A stretch of 64,000 nt of DNA from Flectonema sp. DT1601. Lineage: Eukaryota. Under the pieces are notes generated by a model, which was given only the letters and a program-made list of their open reading frames with translations, ran no database searches and was not told the origin of the DNA. Shown here in pieces: positions 37,304 to 50,915 of this stretch; within the stretch, counting starts at the first letter, position 1; every line of letters starts with the position of its first letter. The translations under genes and the position numbers were made by a program. Location of the stretch: positions 1,054,001 through 1,118,000 of the forward strand of contig OZ025799.1 of NCBI GenBank assembly GCA_964019425.1, written 5' to 3'.

Positions 37304-37819
37304 AAAGGGAAATATTCATGTGGGGAAAAACCCGCGAGTTTTTTTTTATTTTCTCCAAATCCGCGAGAATATTTCCCTGCCAACATACATTTTATCTAGC
37401 CAGTTTTTTTGCTCTTTTTTGTGAAGAAAATATATGTGCTACGAAGGAAAGTTTCAGTAAAAATTATTTTTATTGTGCAGTGTGGTTGTTTTTTATTGTG
37501 TTTGCTCGGTAAATAATGCTTTGTTCCAACTTACACTCGATGGAAGCACAAAATCTTTTTATATTCTTGATCCACTGACTGACTTTCGCAAAAATCCTCT
37601 GTGGCAGGGAAATATTCTTGTGGGGGAAAACCCCACGAGTTTGAAATGAAATCCCCAAATCCGCGGGAATATTTCCCTTTACGGTAGCCGTAGTTTTTTT
37701 TTTTTTTTTTTTTGTTGTACTGTAAAGGGAAATATTCTTGTGGGGAAAAATCCGCGAGTTTTTTTTATTTTCCAAATCCGCGAGAATATCTCCCCGCGGG
37801 AATATTTCCCTTTACGGTA
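37304..37819. mobile_element. Cluster of three short fold-back (MITE-like) units
   Basis: GGGAAATATTC(T/A)TGTGG...CCGCG(G/A)GAATATTTCCC at about 37304-37378, 37606-37686 and 37718-37819; the last is bounded by TA. Confidence 0.7.
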
Positions 37820-39634
37820 GCCGTAGTTTTTTTCATCCGTCATAGCTTTTTTATCCGAATTTAAGGAATTTTTAAACTCCAGTTTTTTATTCTTGTTTCT
37901 TAAAAGCAAAAGGTTTAGCCGTCTGTCAAAAACCTTTTTTTTTTTTTTATTGAAGTATTGTAAAATACTTACCTACAAACCCTCTTTTCAACTGTTTTGT
38001 TCGTTAGCTGTCGAAAAATTGCACTCGTTATAAGACGAACAGCGTTGAAATAAATTATATGTTAGCCAGTACTGGCGAGCACCGATAGACACAATGAATC
38101 ATTTCTATTTCAGCCGTTTTGACAATAAATTCGAAAGAAAATACCAGAATAATGAAGGCCTCAGAAGGAGGGGAGAGGCAAGACTGCTGAAACTAAGTGG
38201 TCTGCCATTGGTGGGATTTTTGTTATTTATAATTATATATTTTTCTTTTTTTTTTTTCAAAGTTTTCAAATCTATTGATTTAGCTGGCTATCCAATAAAG
38301 CTAAACTCATATTATTTCTGTCTAAACGTTACACTCACCCCTATTTGGTGACCCTGTTTCAAGAGACTTGTACTAATCACAAACTATGACAACAACAGGA
38401 CAATTATTATGTGATATCACTGTCGGAGAGGTGTCACTATTCTTTTTGGCTTTGTTTTTTCTGTCTTTAGTTTCCATTTTTTAAAAAAAGAATTGTACCT
38501 CAATCTGTTCCATTATGTTGGGAAGTTAACTTTTTCTCAGTAGGGGTGTCGTTGGTTGCAACCCCCTCTTTGTTGACCCTATTCAGGAGACTTGTCTAAG
38601 AGTCGAACAATAATAACAAACAAGAGAATTATTTCAAAATAACATCGGAAAAGAGTTTTACTGTTTTTTTTTTTTTTTTTTTTTTTTTTTTCCCCCCTTT
38701 CTCGTTACTTTATCTTCTTAAAGAGGGCGTCAGATAACCTCGGACTTCCCATACCAAAAAAATTATAACCCTTTTGTGGTTCTATGTCTGTTTAATGAGC
38801 AGTAGTTATGCGCTGCTTGTTTTTTTTACATGCAGCGTTCTCGATTCGTTTTTTCCCATACTTCGTTATTGTCTTTTCTGTAATACTGATGATAAATAAC
38901 ATAAAGCAGAAGGGAGAGTATGATTTTGTTTCTTTCTTCCCTCCCCTTAATTTCTATAATATGCAGCCGCCTCACACTGTCTGCTCGCGTGGGCGGTGGG
39001 TTTTGATGGTCATCTGTTCTGGGTTCTTCTCACTGTTGGTAGCGATTTGTTGAGATTTTCCTGATTCTTTTTGGCTTCTTAGGCTTCGTAAATAAAAAAA
39101 TAAAAAAAAAAATATTCTGAAGCATTTATATTGCGAAAGATTTTTTAATAATTCTTTTGGGGGGTTTGGCTCACTTCGTTAGGGATAACAATTCATGTTC
39201 CCTAATAATAGATGATTAATCCAGCCCTTTACATTCTTTTCCAATCCTTCTCAAAGATGGAGTAGATTCCCATATTCAAGCATCTAAGATACTCAACTAC
39301 TTCTATTCTCTAGGAGCCTTGTTGCTCCGAGGTTTGAACTTTATGGTCAGTTCCTATGGTTCATCCTTTCCTCGCGATGAGAGTAATGTTGTTGAGTACT
39401 CTGTTTTTTTTTTTTTCTTCTTTTTTTTCTTTGATTCATATAAAAAAAAATAACTATTGATTTAATAAAAATCAGATGACCTGATTTTCGCGTGGGTGGG
39501 TTTTTTACCAAGCGTGTTTACCTCACTCGCTCGTGTAGGTAAAGAAACGGGGTAAAAACCCACCCACAGGTGAAAATCTGTATCTGCTATTTCATTTAAA
39601 ACCGTCGTTTTATTTTACGATGGGAGGCTTTGAA

Positions 39635-40067
39635 GGGAAAACTTACACCTTGAGTGAAAAATACCTGCATCAACTAGGGCTGACGACTGCCGGTAGGAGT
39701 GTGTACTTCCTCATGTACAGATAGTACACCATGGAGGTTATTAATTCTTAGACGCTGCCGCCGCAATCTAATCCCAGAGATACCTGTCATTTTAAAATAA
39801 TGTCTTTGGCTTGTTGTTAGCTTTGTTTAGATAACACAACTGCTAATACAAGAAAGTGTCTGTTACACTCTTCCTTGGGATGTGACATCATCTGGTCTAG
39901 AGACTGCCTCGTATGTAAGCCAGTGTGCCTCCTTTGACCTCGGAGGCAGACTGCAATACGCGCACCTCACGATGTGATGTGCGTTACGTTATTTCACGCT
40001 CGCAACGGCCAACCAAAAAATACGTGCAATTAAATTCGGTCACTCTCAGCCAGGTGTAAATTTTCCC
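39635..40067. mobile_element. Putative 433-bp non-autonomous TIR element
   Basis: GGGAAAACTTACACCT ... AGGTGTAAATTTTCCC, 15/16 inverted match; flanks GAA/TAA; interior richer in GC than the surroundings. Confidence 0.55.
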
Positions 40068-40229
40068 TAAGAAGTCAAGGTAGAGTAATTTTTTTAATTT
40101 TTTAATTTTTTTAATTTTTTTTTTTTTTTATCACTGTTTCTTTGAGTGATAATCAAAAATCCCCTAATATTCAGCAGCGTTGGATTGGGAGAATATTTAC
40201 TTACTAACTATCCCTCTGCTTGAAGGGGG

Positions 40230-40262
<33 letters not shown>

Positions 40263-40564
40263 ATTAAGGTAAGCCTCTATTTCGTTGAACGAAGTAATTT
40301 TCTTTTTTTGGTTTGTGTTATTTGTAACTTTCTTCTTTTACCATTTCTAAAAAGGTAAAGGTTCCTCTATGATATCTTGTTAATGGAGAGGGGAGAGGGA
40401 ATTTTTCCCTCTTTTTGTTTTTCCCCATTCTTCGAAAAAAAAAAAAAAGATTCTCACTTATTGCATACGATTCAATTTAAATGTTGATTTTATTTTTTTT
40501 GTGTTAAACTTATGATTAATATTTTTATCAACCCCTCCAGAAAGTAAGAAAAAATATTTAAAAA

Positions 40565-43500
40565 ATGAATTTACTGCAGCACACTGTTCTATCAGTGCTG
40601 CTACTCTCTGATGTTGTTTACTGTCAGTGTCAGGTGAGTTGGTTGGCTATTGTTGGAGGCGCAGTTCTTGCACCCGGTCAGCCAGGATGTGCATCAGGAA
40701 CTGTAGGTGTAGGTGTGACCTGTTTATATGAAGATTCAACGAAAACATGTCCAGCACCGAGATGCTTATCTGGTAACGTGTGGAACATTGACGAAGTTTC
40801 ATGTCATTACAATGGTTGTGTTATCCCTGACCATCCAGGAACATCAATTTACATTGAGATTGAGTGTACTCCTGGATTGGTTGCAGCGGATGGTGACGTT
40901 TGTACACTAAATGACCTCCCAAGCATATGTCCAAGAATAAAATGTACTGTTGGAGTTTGGGACATCCCATCACCTGTTTGCTATGCAGATGGCTGTGTTC
41001 GAAGAGATGTTTTAGACAATGGTCCAGATGGAACTACTGTATCAGACCCATGGCATGTTGAACCTGACGGTGGAGTTATAAATTCGTTTACACGAGGAAC
41101 TTCTACTTGTACAGGACCAGTGTTTTGTGATAGTGGATCTTGGATGGGTAATATAATATGCGTTCCTGGAAGCTCTTGTCCACTTTCATCCATAATCACT
41201 TCTGGTACTGTATCTCATTGCACTGATCCTACACCAGACTTTAGTGATTGTAAACCCAGATTAGGAGGAAGGGATTGCAGAGAAGTTATTTGTATCAATG
41301 GTGACTGGAGTGATCAAGGAAACTGTGATGGTTGTGAAACCATATCTGCAAACACACCAACTAATCCAGTAGCTCACGGTTATGAATGTGAAGATGATGA
41401 ATACGCTGATAATACTCACATCTGTCATCCGTCAATCATCGGAGGTGTTTGTCAATCAGTTGAGTGTGACGGAACAACAGGTAGTTGGAGGTTAGAAGGT
41501 GGTGGTCCTGCAGTTACTGAGATCTATTGCAGGCAGAATCAATGTCTCTTTAATTGGATTGACTTCTCAAGTCCCATCACTCCCACGGGAGGATCACCCT
41601 GCTTTGCGGGAGACATTGTACCATCTGGAAACTCCTGTACGTTCACTGAGGGATCCAAAATATGCGATGCACCCGTCTGTAGTGACGCACCTGATTGGAG
41701 TATTTCCGAAGTTGAGTGCCACGTCTTGGGAAGTGCTTGTTTAATATCAGACCTCACGACTTCTGCCCCAACAGCAACAGCCCTAGAAGGACATATCAAG
41801 TGTGCACGGGGTGGTGTCGTACCACAGAATTATTTCTGTCAATCACCACCTGATCCAAATGAGCTTTGCCCTCAAGTATTTTGTGAGCCTGGTGGATTTT
41901 GGGGAAGTCCAATTAATTGTGAACCCCAGGCAGACTACTGTTTGCAAGACTTGTATGAATCGGTTGTTACTAATCCCTTACAAGTGCTCACTGTCGGTAC
42001 TACTTGTGGAAGAGGGAATCTAATCGCTAAGGATACAGTATGTGATGTCCTTCTAAATGGTAATCCTTGTACAACAATAAAGTGTAACGGATTTAACACT
42101 TGGAACAAAGACCCAACCGCACTTACTTGTGGAGGATGTCCTCTCATGGATCTCACAAACAAGTATGGCGCTGCTGTTCAAGCAATCGCAATGAACTGTA
42201 GGATGGGTCCATCAATAAGTGATGGAACTGTTTGTAAATATAGACACATGGCAACTGGTCATGATTGTAATGAGATTCTTTGCTCTGGTGGAATGTGGGC
42301 TGGTCCAGTTGTTTGTCCGTGTGATTTTGATGATCTCACACGCCCAACTCCATCGATGTCTCTCTGTAGCGGAGTTATACAAAAAGACGCAACTTGTTTT
42401 TTCAATTCTCCAGGACAAGCTTGTACTGGAGCTACTTGTGAACCTGTCGGTATGGACTACGCCTGGTCATCAACAGCAATAGTTTGTCAACCAATGAGCT
42501 GTCGTAACAGAGATTTGAGTGGTGGAACTCCCCTTCCTCCTCAAATTACTCCTTCACCTGGTTGTGAGTTTACTGGAATATCTGCTGCCAATGCCATCTG
42601 TACTTTCACATCAACGACACCTGGTGAGGTTTGTCAAGAATTATCATGCAAACCTGCACCTCCACCAGCCAGATGGAGACCAATGCCTCGTCCAGTTGTT
42701 TGTATGTTGAATGCGTGTACTATCTCTGCTTTAGAAGCTCTTATTGCTGGACTTGGAATGTTAATAATCGATTCTACACTTGGATGTGTTCCTGGTAACA
42801 TCATCCCAACAGGACAAGGTTGTTCTATAATGGACTTGTCTGTTATTTGTGACATGTCAACGTGTACTAATGGTGTATGGTCTGTTCCTGTTGGATGTAC
42901 AAGTCAATGTACAATAGCAGATGTGACTGCTTCTGGTGGTATGTCAATTCAGGTTGCGGGTCCTACATCATCTCCTTGTATGATGGGTCCCTCAGTCAAT
43001 ACTAATGAAGTTTGTGAATTCGAGTATTCATCACCCATGCCATCAGTCTGCCAAACATCAATGTGTGATAATGGCGTGTGGGATCCACCAACTATTACTT
43101 GCGAACTGGGAGGGTGTCGTAGCAATGCTCTGGCTGTACAAGCTCTTGTATTAGCATCTGGTACACTTTGTGATGTCGCTGGTAATGTTATATCTAATGG
43201 AGGTGTTTGTAGTTTTGTTCATACAATGGGATTTCCTTGTAAAACACAAACATGTAATAGTGGAATATGGTCACCAATCAATGGTGATATTTGTATTGAG
43301 AACGCCTGTAGATTCGACGACATTGTATCCGGCTTAGCAATCGACATAGGTCTTTCATCACCTGGCTGTGCTGCTAGTGGTTTGGTAGAGACAGGTGATG
43401 TGTGTGTATTTTCTCAAGCAGGACTTACTTGTGAAACTGTTACTTGTACATTAGGAGTCTGGTCAACAACATCACCAACTTGTGATGGTTGTTTAGTATC

Positions 43501-46500
43501 AGCCTTAACTCTAAACGGTGCTGTTGCTAACTGTTTAGGATTCGTAGCTGTTGGTTCTACTTGTGATTTTGATAACCCTCCATTCACATGTACTAGTCAC
43601 ACATGTGATAGTGTAGGTACATGGAATAACATAAATGTATTGTGCACACAAGATCCTTGTACTTGGACAGCCATTGGAGCTGCTGTCAGCAATCAAGGAG
43701 CTTCTGTAACTTCTTGTCAGCCGAGAATATCAAGAGGAGATTATTTTATATCCAATGGAACGTTTTGCAAGGTTGAAAAACCTGGTCAAGCATGTCAAAC
43801 ATTTTATTGTGAACCAATAGCAACAATAACACCCCCAAGTACTCCTCAATTATGTTCAGCAACTGGTTGTGAATACGATTTAATTACTCACAATGTCCCT
43901 TCAGAACCTGTAAACCCATCAATTTGTTACAGAGGTGGTGTTGTTGCTAATAATGTTGTTTGTGAATTCAGGCTGCCATCACCTAAAGTAGGTGCTTGTA
44001 GAAAATTAAAATGTCAAAATGGAGTCTGGGACCAAGCACATAAATGTGAAGAACTAAGTTGTTCCCAAGACGATTTGGTATTAACCGGAGGGGCAGTATT
44101 AGATCCAAAGCCGCAATGTACTACTAATGATATTGTTTCTAATACCAGGAGATGCTCGTACACAAGTCCGAATGGCAGGTGTTTCAAACCGACATGCCTT
44201 ATGGGTACATGGTCAAGGTTAACAGTTGATTGTGGTTATTGTGAAATGATGCTCCTTCAGTACTTGAGATCTGATATATCATCATCATGTATAACAGATG
44301 AGGTTGACAATGGTTCGACTTGCACCTTTTCTAGAATTATTAACCCAAATCATGTTTGTACTCAAACAACTTGTACTAACGCTGTGTGGTCGATAACAAA
44401 CATTCAATGTATTAATGGATGTGAATTATCAACATTAAATACAGGAACAGCTACTACTACTTGCAATGCACTTGTTCCAGCTTCACAATCTTGTATTTTT
44501 AATGATGCGGGTAACTCTTGTCGAATTGTAAAGTGTTTGGCAGGTAATAGGTGGGATCCAGCTCCTACAGATCCGGTCTGTGAACCAAACAAGTGTACGT
44601 ACAGAGACTTGACTAGTAAACCAAACATTCCCCCACAAGCAACGTTCTCTGGTGATTGTGAGAGAGGAATCCTAACCGATAACTTAGGAATTTGTAATGT
44701 TACAGGTTGTAAGACTGATGCTGTCTGCATGGGTCAAATATGGTCAGATCCTGATTGCAGTGGCTTTTGTGATATCGCAACCTTACCGCCTGTGTCTGGA
44801 ACCACTTCAGACCCTACTTGCCGACCTGGTAATGTAGTTCATGATGGTGGTGAGTGTCTGTTTGTAAATATGATGAGCACCTGTACATCTATGAAATGTA
44901 ATTCTGGTGTTTGGTCAGCCGGTCCTTGTCTCAATTCAAAACCAAGTGCCACTTGTTTAGACACAGCGATGGTACCTATAGGACTTGCTACACTCACTCC
45001 ATGTAATAAAATAATAAACGAAGACGCTAGCATGATTGCCCTCGACCCAAACCTACCTCAGATGATAACAGAACCACAACTAGTGATGTTTGATCCATCA
45101 ACTCCAGTTGGAATTGTTGGTGAAGCTGCACAAACAATAACTGAGGTCTGTAGTTGTTCAGCACCGTGTACGTCAGTTCAGTTAATCGGTTCTGATGTTC
45201 AGTTAGTGTTGTTACCTAATGAGGCTGGAACCATTTATGTTGATTGTGACATAACCGATAATGGTTCTCCACCAGAGACTCTGATCGTAACCTTGTACAC
45301 AATTACAGTACTTCCTATTAATGATTTACCTGTTGCTACACAATTAGAAACATCTGAAACATACATCGGAGTACCAACAGGACAACAGACGATATCATTT
45401 CTTAGTATGGTCATGGCGGGGCCTTCCACTGCTTCGGATGAAGATTCTCAGGTTTTGACTGGCACGTGTTCTGAAATGTCAGTACAAATGTGTACTGTTT
45501 CTGTTAGCTTATCTCTGGCTGCGACGACTGCTACGATCATGTATCCGACTACGGGATCTTTAGTATTTGATTTACAACCACTTTGTCCTGTTGGAACTCA
45601 TACCATTGAGTGTTCAGTGATGGATTCTGATGGAGCTGTATCGCAGTCTTTCTTCTTCGATATTATCATCACACCTCCTACTGCTGTTCCAACCGCGGTA
45701 CCAACTGAGATACCGACTGCGATACCTACGGATGTACCAACTGAGATACCGACTGCGATACCTACGGATGTACCAACTGGGATACCGACTGCGGTGCCGA
45801 CGGATGTACCAACTGAGATACCGACTGCGATACCTACGGACGTACCAACTGAGATACCGACTGCGATACCTACGGATGTACCAACTGGGATACCGACTGC
45901 GATACCTACGGATGTACCAACTGAGATACCGACTGCGGTGCCGACGGATGTACCAACTGAGATACCGACTGCGATACCTACGGATGTACCAACTGAGATA
46001 CCTACAGCTGTTCCATTGGCTGCGATCCCAACATTAGCACCCAACGTCGTTTTACCTCCTATGTTACCACCTTCGACAGCTATGCCTCCAGGACAGACAG
46101 CAGTTCCTACGGCAATACCGACAGCTATGCCTCCGGGACAGACAGCAGTTCCTACGGCAATACCGACGGCTTTGCCTCCAGGACAGACAGCAGTTCCTAC
46201 GGCAATACCGACGGCTTTGCCTCCAGGACAGACAGCAGTTCCTACGGTAATACCGACGGCAATACCGACAGCGTTGCCTGCGGTGACCCCGAACAATACG
46301 CAACTGGAAGCAGTAGAACCAAGTCCTGCACCAAATACTACCTCTCCAGCAACTAATGTACCTGCTGAAGGTGCCGCGTCAACAGTAACTCGTAACACAG
46401 CTTCTGGTGCTGCCGGTGCAATTGCCACGGTGGGTCTGGTGATTGGTGCTGCTAGTCCAGGCGCTGGTACAAGTTTAACAGGCTTAGCGTTACTTTCAAG

Positions 46501-48073
46501 AGCTATCCTCTGTCCTGTTGTTGGTCCTGATGTATTGGACAGAACCCTCAATCCTCTCGGGATAGACTTTGGAGACGAACGTTTCAGTGCGTACGGTGGA
46601 GCGATTGTTGGTAGTTTTATTATAAATATTATGTTTATAGGGTTGTGTGGTATTGGGACGTTCATCCTTTTCAGAAAGGTTCGTACGAAAGGAAAACAAT
46701 GGACAAGAGTGAGGTCATCATTTTCTGTTGAAGAACAACAAAAAAGAAACTATCGCGACATCAGCACAAAAGTTGATCGCAGATACGTCATGATGAAGGC
46801 GAGGTTTGGTTGGCTTGTATTCCCACTTTGTTTAATATTTGGAGGTGCTGCCCTAGGTGCCATGACCGCTCTTCTCTACTCCGACACGGCATCCAAAGTG
46901 TTAGCAATTCTGTGTGTCATCTCATTCCTTATAACGTTTCCGGCATATGCAATGAGTGTAGGTCGTAAGGTTGATAAATACACCGACTACGTCCCAATCA
47001 CAGAAACTAACAGATCTCTTCTCTCAAAAGTCTGCTACGGATGGTTCCAATACGAAGTTAAAGTAATTGCTGGCGGTAAAGTTTGGATGGCACTTCATCA
47101 CTTGGCATTTGATGCTTACAAACACAGCTATCGGTTTTGTCTGCTGTTTGAGCTGATCGGAATCTTAGTACTAGCTGGAGTGACTTCTTGGCAACCACGT
47201 GATGAAACCGAGTGTCGCATCCGTGCAATTACTATGACTTGTCTAGTTGGTATCGCAACTCTTTCTTGTCTCCTACTGCGTCCGTTCATCGCACCGTATG
47301 CTAATGTGTTACAGGTATGTTATGGTTCACGCAGTGTGATTATTATCTTAACACAAACACACCAACACAACACACAGACGAGTATCTTCGGAGCTGAAAC
47401 CGCAATGATGATATTTACACTCATAAATATGTTTGCTGATGTAGCAATTGATTGGGCAATCACTTTAACAGGCGCCATGGCAAGTATGGTCACGTGGCTT
47501 ACAGTTTGTAAGGTATGTGGGAAATCAAAAAGAAAAAAACCGTAATTTTTTTTTTTTTTTTTTTTCAATTTCAACAACACCATACAGTTCTTAGTAGATG
47601 GCGTGATATTCGTGAAAGATGAATTTGATGCTTGGACCTTGGCCGGTGGTTCTGGAAAGAAATTAGACTTTGCAGCGTATTGGTTTCTCTTCAGAGGAAT
47701 TGCAGATGACATAAACTTTTACAAAGAATATGACAAATCGATTGTTGAGCACATCGATGAGGAAGATCCAGCTTCGTTTCCAATGATGATGTTAGGAGAT
47801 GGTAACAATAATGACGACAATGAGAGTAACGTAGAGTATACTGCGCTACCAGATAAACACTTAAGCACTTTTGGACAACTTCCAGCATCAGAAGAGGATC
47901 TGCCAACACCTTCTCGCGCCAGTAGCGTTTCTGATACTCCAACTTCACTCGCTAGCACCAGTGCCTTTGGAAGAGGCACAACCAGATTCCTGGATGATAT
48001 TCCGATGGATAGGACTCGCTCAGGTGGAATGGGACGGGGATCTGTAACGCCAACGGGAACGTTGTCGTTTTAG
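40565..48073 (+). CDS. Large surface protein, paralog 2 (exons 40565-47314, 47378-47512, 47588-48073)
   Basis: 2326-aa ORF of the same architecture; shares LDRTLNPLGI, STKVDRRYVMMKARFGWLVFPL and ALHHLAFD.YK with paralog 1; two GT-AG introns. Confidence 0.9.
45675..46275 (+). repeat. Coding minisatellites: 36-nt (PTEIPTAIPTDV) and 45-nt (PPGQTAVPTAIPTAL) units
   Basis: Near-identical tandem copies visible in DNA and protein. Confidence 0.95.
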
Positions 48074-49750
48074 AAGTTTCTTTTAAAAAAAAAAAAACTC
48101 AAAACTAACCAACAATCACGCCATTACATATCCTGATAGGATCTCGTTACTTATCAGGACTGTACTTTTTTATAGAGGAACAGTTGTTGTTGTTAAAACT
48201 CTCAAATGGGTTGCCTGTCACTGAATAAAACAAAAGCTGGAGAGTGCTTTGTACTTTGTTTCCTGTCAAGGAAAGGTCAGTAATATGTTAAAAAGAACAG
48301 CAGAAGAACATAATTTTCTGTTTCATGTATTTGATTGCGGGGAAAAGAAAAAGAAAAAAATGGAGGTATCTCTTCCCTGCGTCGCTGTAGATTTCTTTCT
48401 TTCTTTCTTTCCTTTTTTTTTTTCTCCCCCTCTTCTCTTTTCTTTTTTTTTTTTTTTTTTTTTATTAAAGAAATGCTTCAATTCTTTTTTTAAAGAAATT
48501 GGAACACTTGTTTAATTTAAAAAAAAAAGAAAAAAAAAAAAAAACCGAAAAAAAAGGGAATTCTTTTATTATTATTATTGAATTGTGATGGCCTGTGACT
48601 GGGTGACACTGACGCATCCACATTTTAATATTTGCCAACGTTAACTGCATCAAATTATCAGGTCCTTAGTTCTTTTGGACTGCATGTCATTGTGAACCCT
48701 GATCAAACTTCAATAGGTTCTAATGCTGTCCAGCTGTCAGGTAAAGAAAAAAAAGAAAAAAAAATTGTGTTGGTACCCAACAGTGAAAAAAGTCTTTTGG
48801 AGCAGGCAACGGAGGGAAAAAAAAAATAGGAGAGAGAAGATGAGGTTGGCAAGGCACCCACGTTTTCGTAAGTGGTGGTTCAAATCGGGGTGACCTGTCC
48901 TTACGATTTACCGTATTGTACTAAACACCTCCTCTCTCTGTCTTTGTTTTACGTTTCTCCAAATTTTTGTGTGGACTTATCTGTTTTCCCTTTTTATTTG
49001 TTATCCCAGTTGTTATTTCCAGCAGCAAATCTTAGTAGTAGTTTATTATGATAATATTTTATTTGTAAATACCGCGGGAAAAAAAAAACTGTTCGGTACC
49101 CTTGAACTTGACATTTTACTAAAAAAACAAAAAAAAAACAGTCGGCCGGTCACACACTTTAGCGTACAACTGACTTTTTTCTTTGATTTTTTCTTCTTCT
49201 CCTTGCTTCTTTTGGGGGGAAAAAAAAACAAAAAAAAAAACGGTCAACATACCACATACTTTATCGTACGGGTGGTTTCTTTGGTTTTTTTCCCCCTTGC
49301 TTCTTTTAGGGGGGAAAAAATAAATAAATAATAAAAAAAAAAGACACAAATCTCACAGTCAGTAGAGAGTGAGAGGTGTAGCGGTAGAATAGTTGTTGTT
49401 GAAAAGTATTGTCTCATTCTAAATCAAGAATATTGTTGACTTTCTCTTGCTTTGATTTGCACATGTATTCAATCACACTCATGCTTCCTTTCCCTGCATC
49501 ATTAATTTGGTTTTGTTTTGTTTTTTTACCTTGTTAGTTCTGGGGGAAGGTGGAACTTCTGGGAATCGATTTTTTTTTTCCCAGCCCAACGCTTCAAAAA
49601 AACACAATTTCGTGGTGATGTGAATTAACAGTAAGATTTTCATTTTTTTCCCTTTTTTTTTTTTTTTTTTTGATTTTTTTTTTTTTGGTAATAGTTTCTG
49701 TTGTAAACTAAAAATGAAAAATGCTTTTCTTAATTCGACTAGCTGCATTA

Positions 49751-49799
<49 letters not shown>

Positions 49800-50770
49800 A
49801 AGTCTCTCATTTCTTTAATTTATCTATCCGATTTGAATTTTTTTGCTGTTTCGATGTAAGAAGCTGCAGTTCAGAAACAGCATCACCACACAATTTGTGA
49901 GAGCATTCACTCGTTCCCCTTTTTTTCCTCCTTTGTGATTGCTTGTACTTATCACCTTGTAATTCGTATCTGGCGTCGGTTAGCAGGACGCAGGGTTATC
50001 AGTTAGGGGAATCGTTTTTACAAGGCGGTTTCTCTTTACGTTAGTGTTTTTTTTTTTTTTTTTTTTTTTTTAAACCCACCAGTTTGCTTGATGGGGGAAT
50101 GTATTATTACGTCCCGGTTTTTCTTTAATATAATCGGAGAACAGCAATCCTCGAAACGCACGAAAAAAAAAAAAAAAAACATAAAAAAACAGAACAACTT
50201 GATTCGCTAACTAAGAAAGTGGGGTTGTAGATTTTTTTAAAATAACCTTTAAAAAAACCAAAAAAAAAAAAAAAAAAAAAGCTACCCTACTGGCAATTTT
50301 TTGCCTTTGGGGATTTAAAAAAAAAAAAGAAACGGAAAAGAGAAAAATTTACTTTTTCTTTTTTGTTTTATTCTGAGAAATACAAGAACTTCACCGTCAG
50401 TATAAATTGACGCTAGAGTTGTTGTTTTCCCTCAGTATTTAATTATTTATTAGGTTGTTGTCTTTTTTGATCACATCTTTTATTCGTTTATGTTGTGGAC
50501 TTCCGATTTTTTTTAATTTTTTTTTTTTTTTTTTTTTTTTTTCCATTTTGTGGCCTTCCACTTTCTCTCTTTTTTTTTTCCCTGAACTAAATAAATAATG
50601 CTCGAGTTAAGGCTCTCTGATTGACTTAAGACAATAATGTTGATTGTGGTGTTTGAACCTCAAATTTTAAAGTTTGGAAGCTTAAAGTCAACTGTAGCCA
50701 TCTCTGTTTAATTTAATTTTTTTTTTTTTGTATGTCTGTTTGGGCATTCGGCTGCAATGCCTGAAGCTTT

Positions 50771-50915
50771 TTTTTTTCATCTCGAAGACATGTTTTACTA
50801 GCGAAAGAGAATTGTAGCAGCGTAACGTTAACACCCTTACTTTATAGGCTTGTTTCCGGTTGCGCACAAACAAAAACAAAATGTAAGAATTATTTAGTGA
50901 GGTGCCGATTCCTTT
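50771..50915. mobile_element. Family B copy
   Basis: Close match to 28201-28348. Confidence 0.75.

Noticed and set aside
37304..37819. CRISPR-like or terminator reading of spaced palindromic repeats
   Set aside because: Eukaryotic context, irregular spacing, no unique spacers, no cas genes.
45598..46665. 355-aa minus-strand ORF (also 33410-33865)
   Set aside because: Antisense shadow of the Pro/Thr coding minisatellites.
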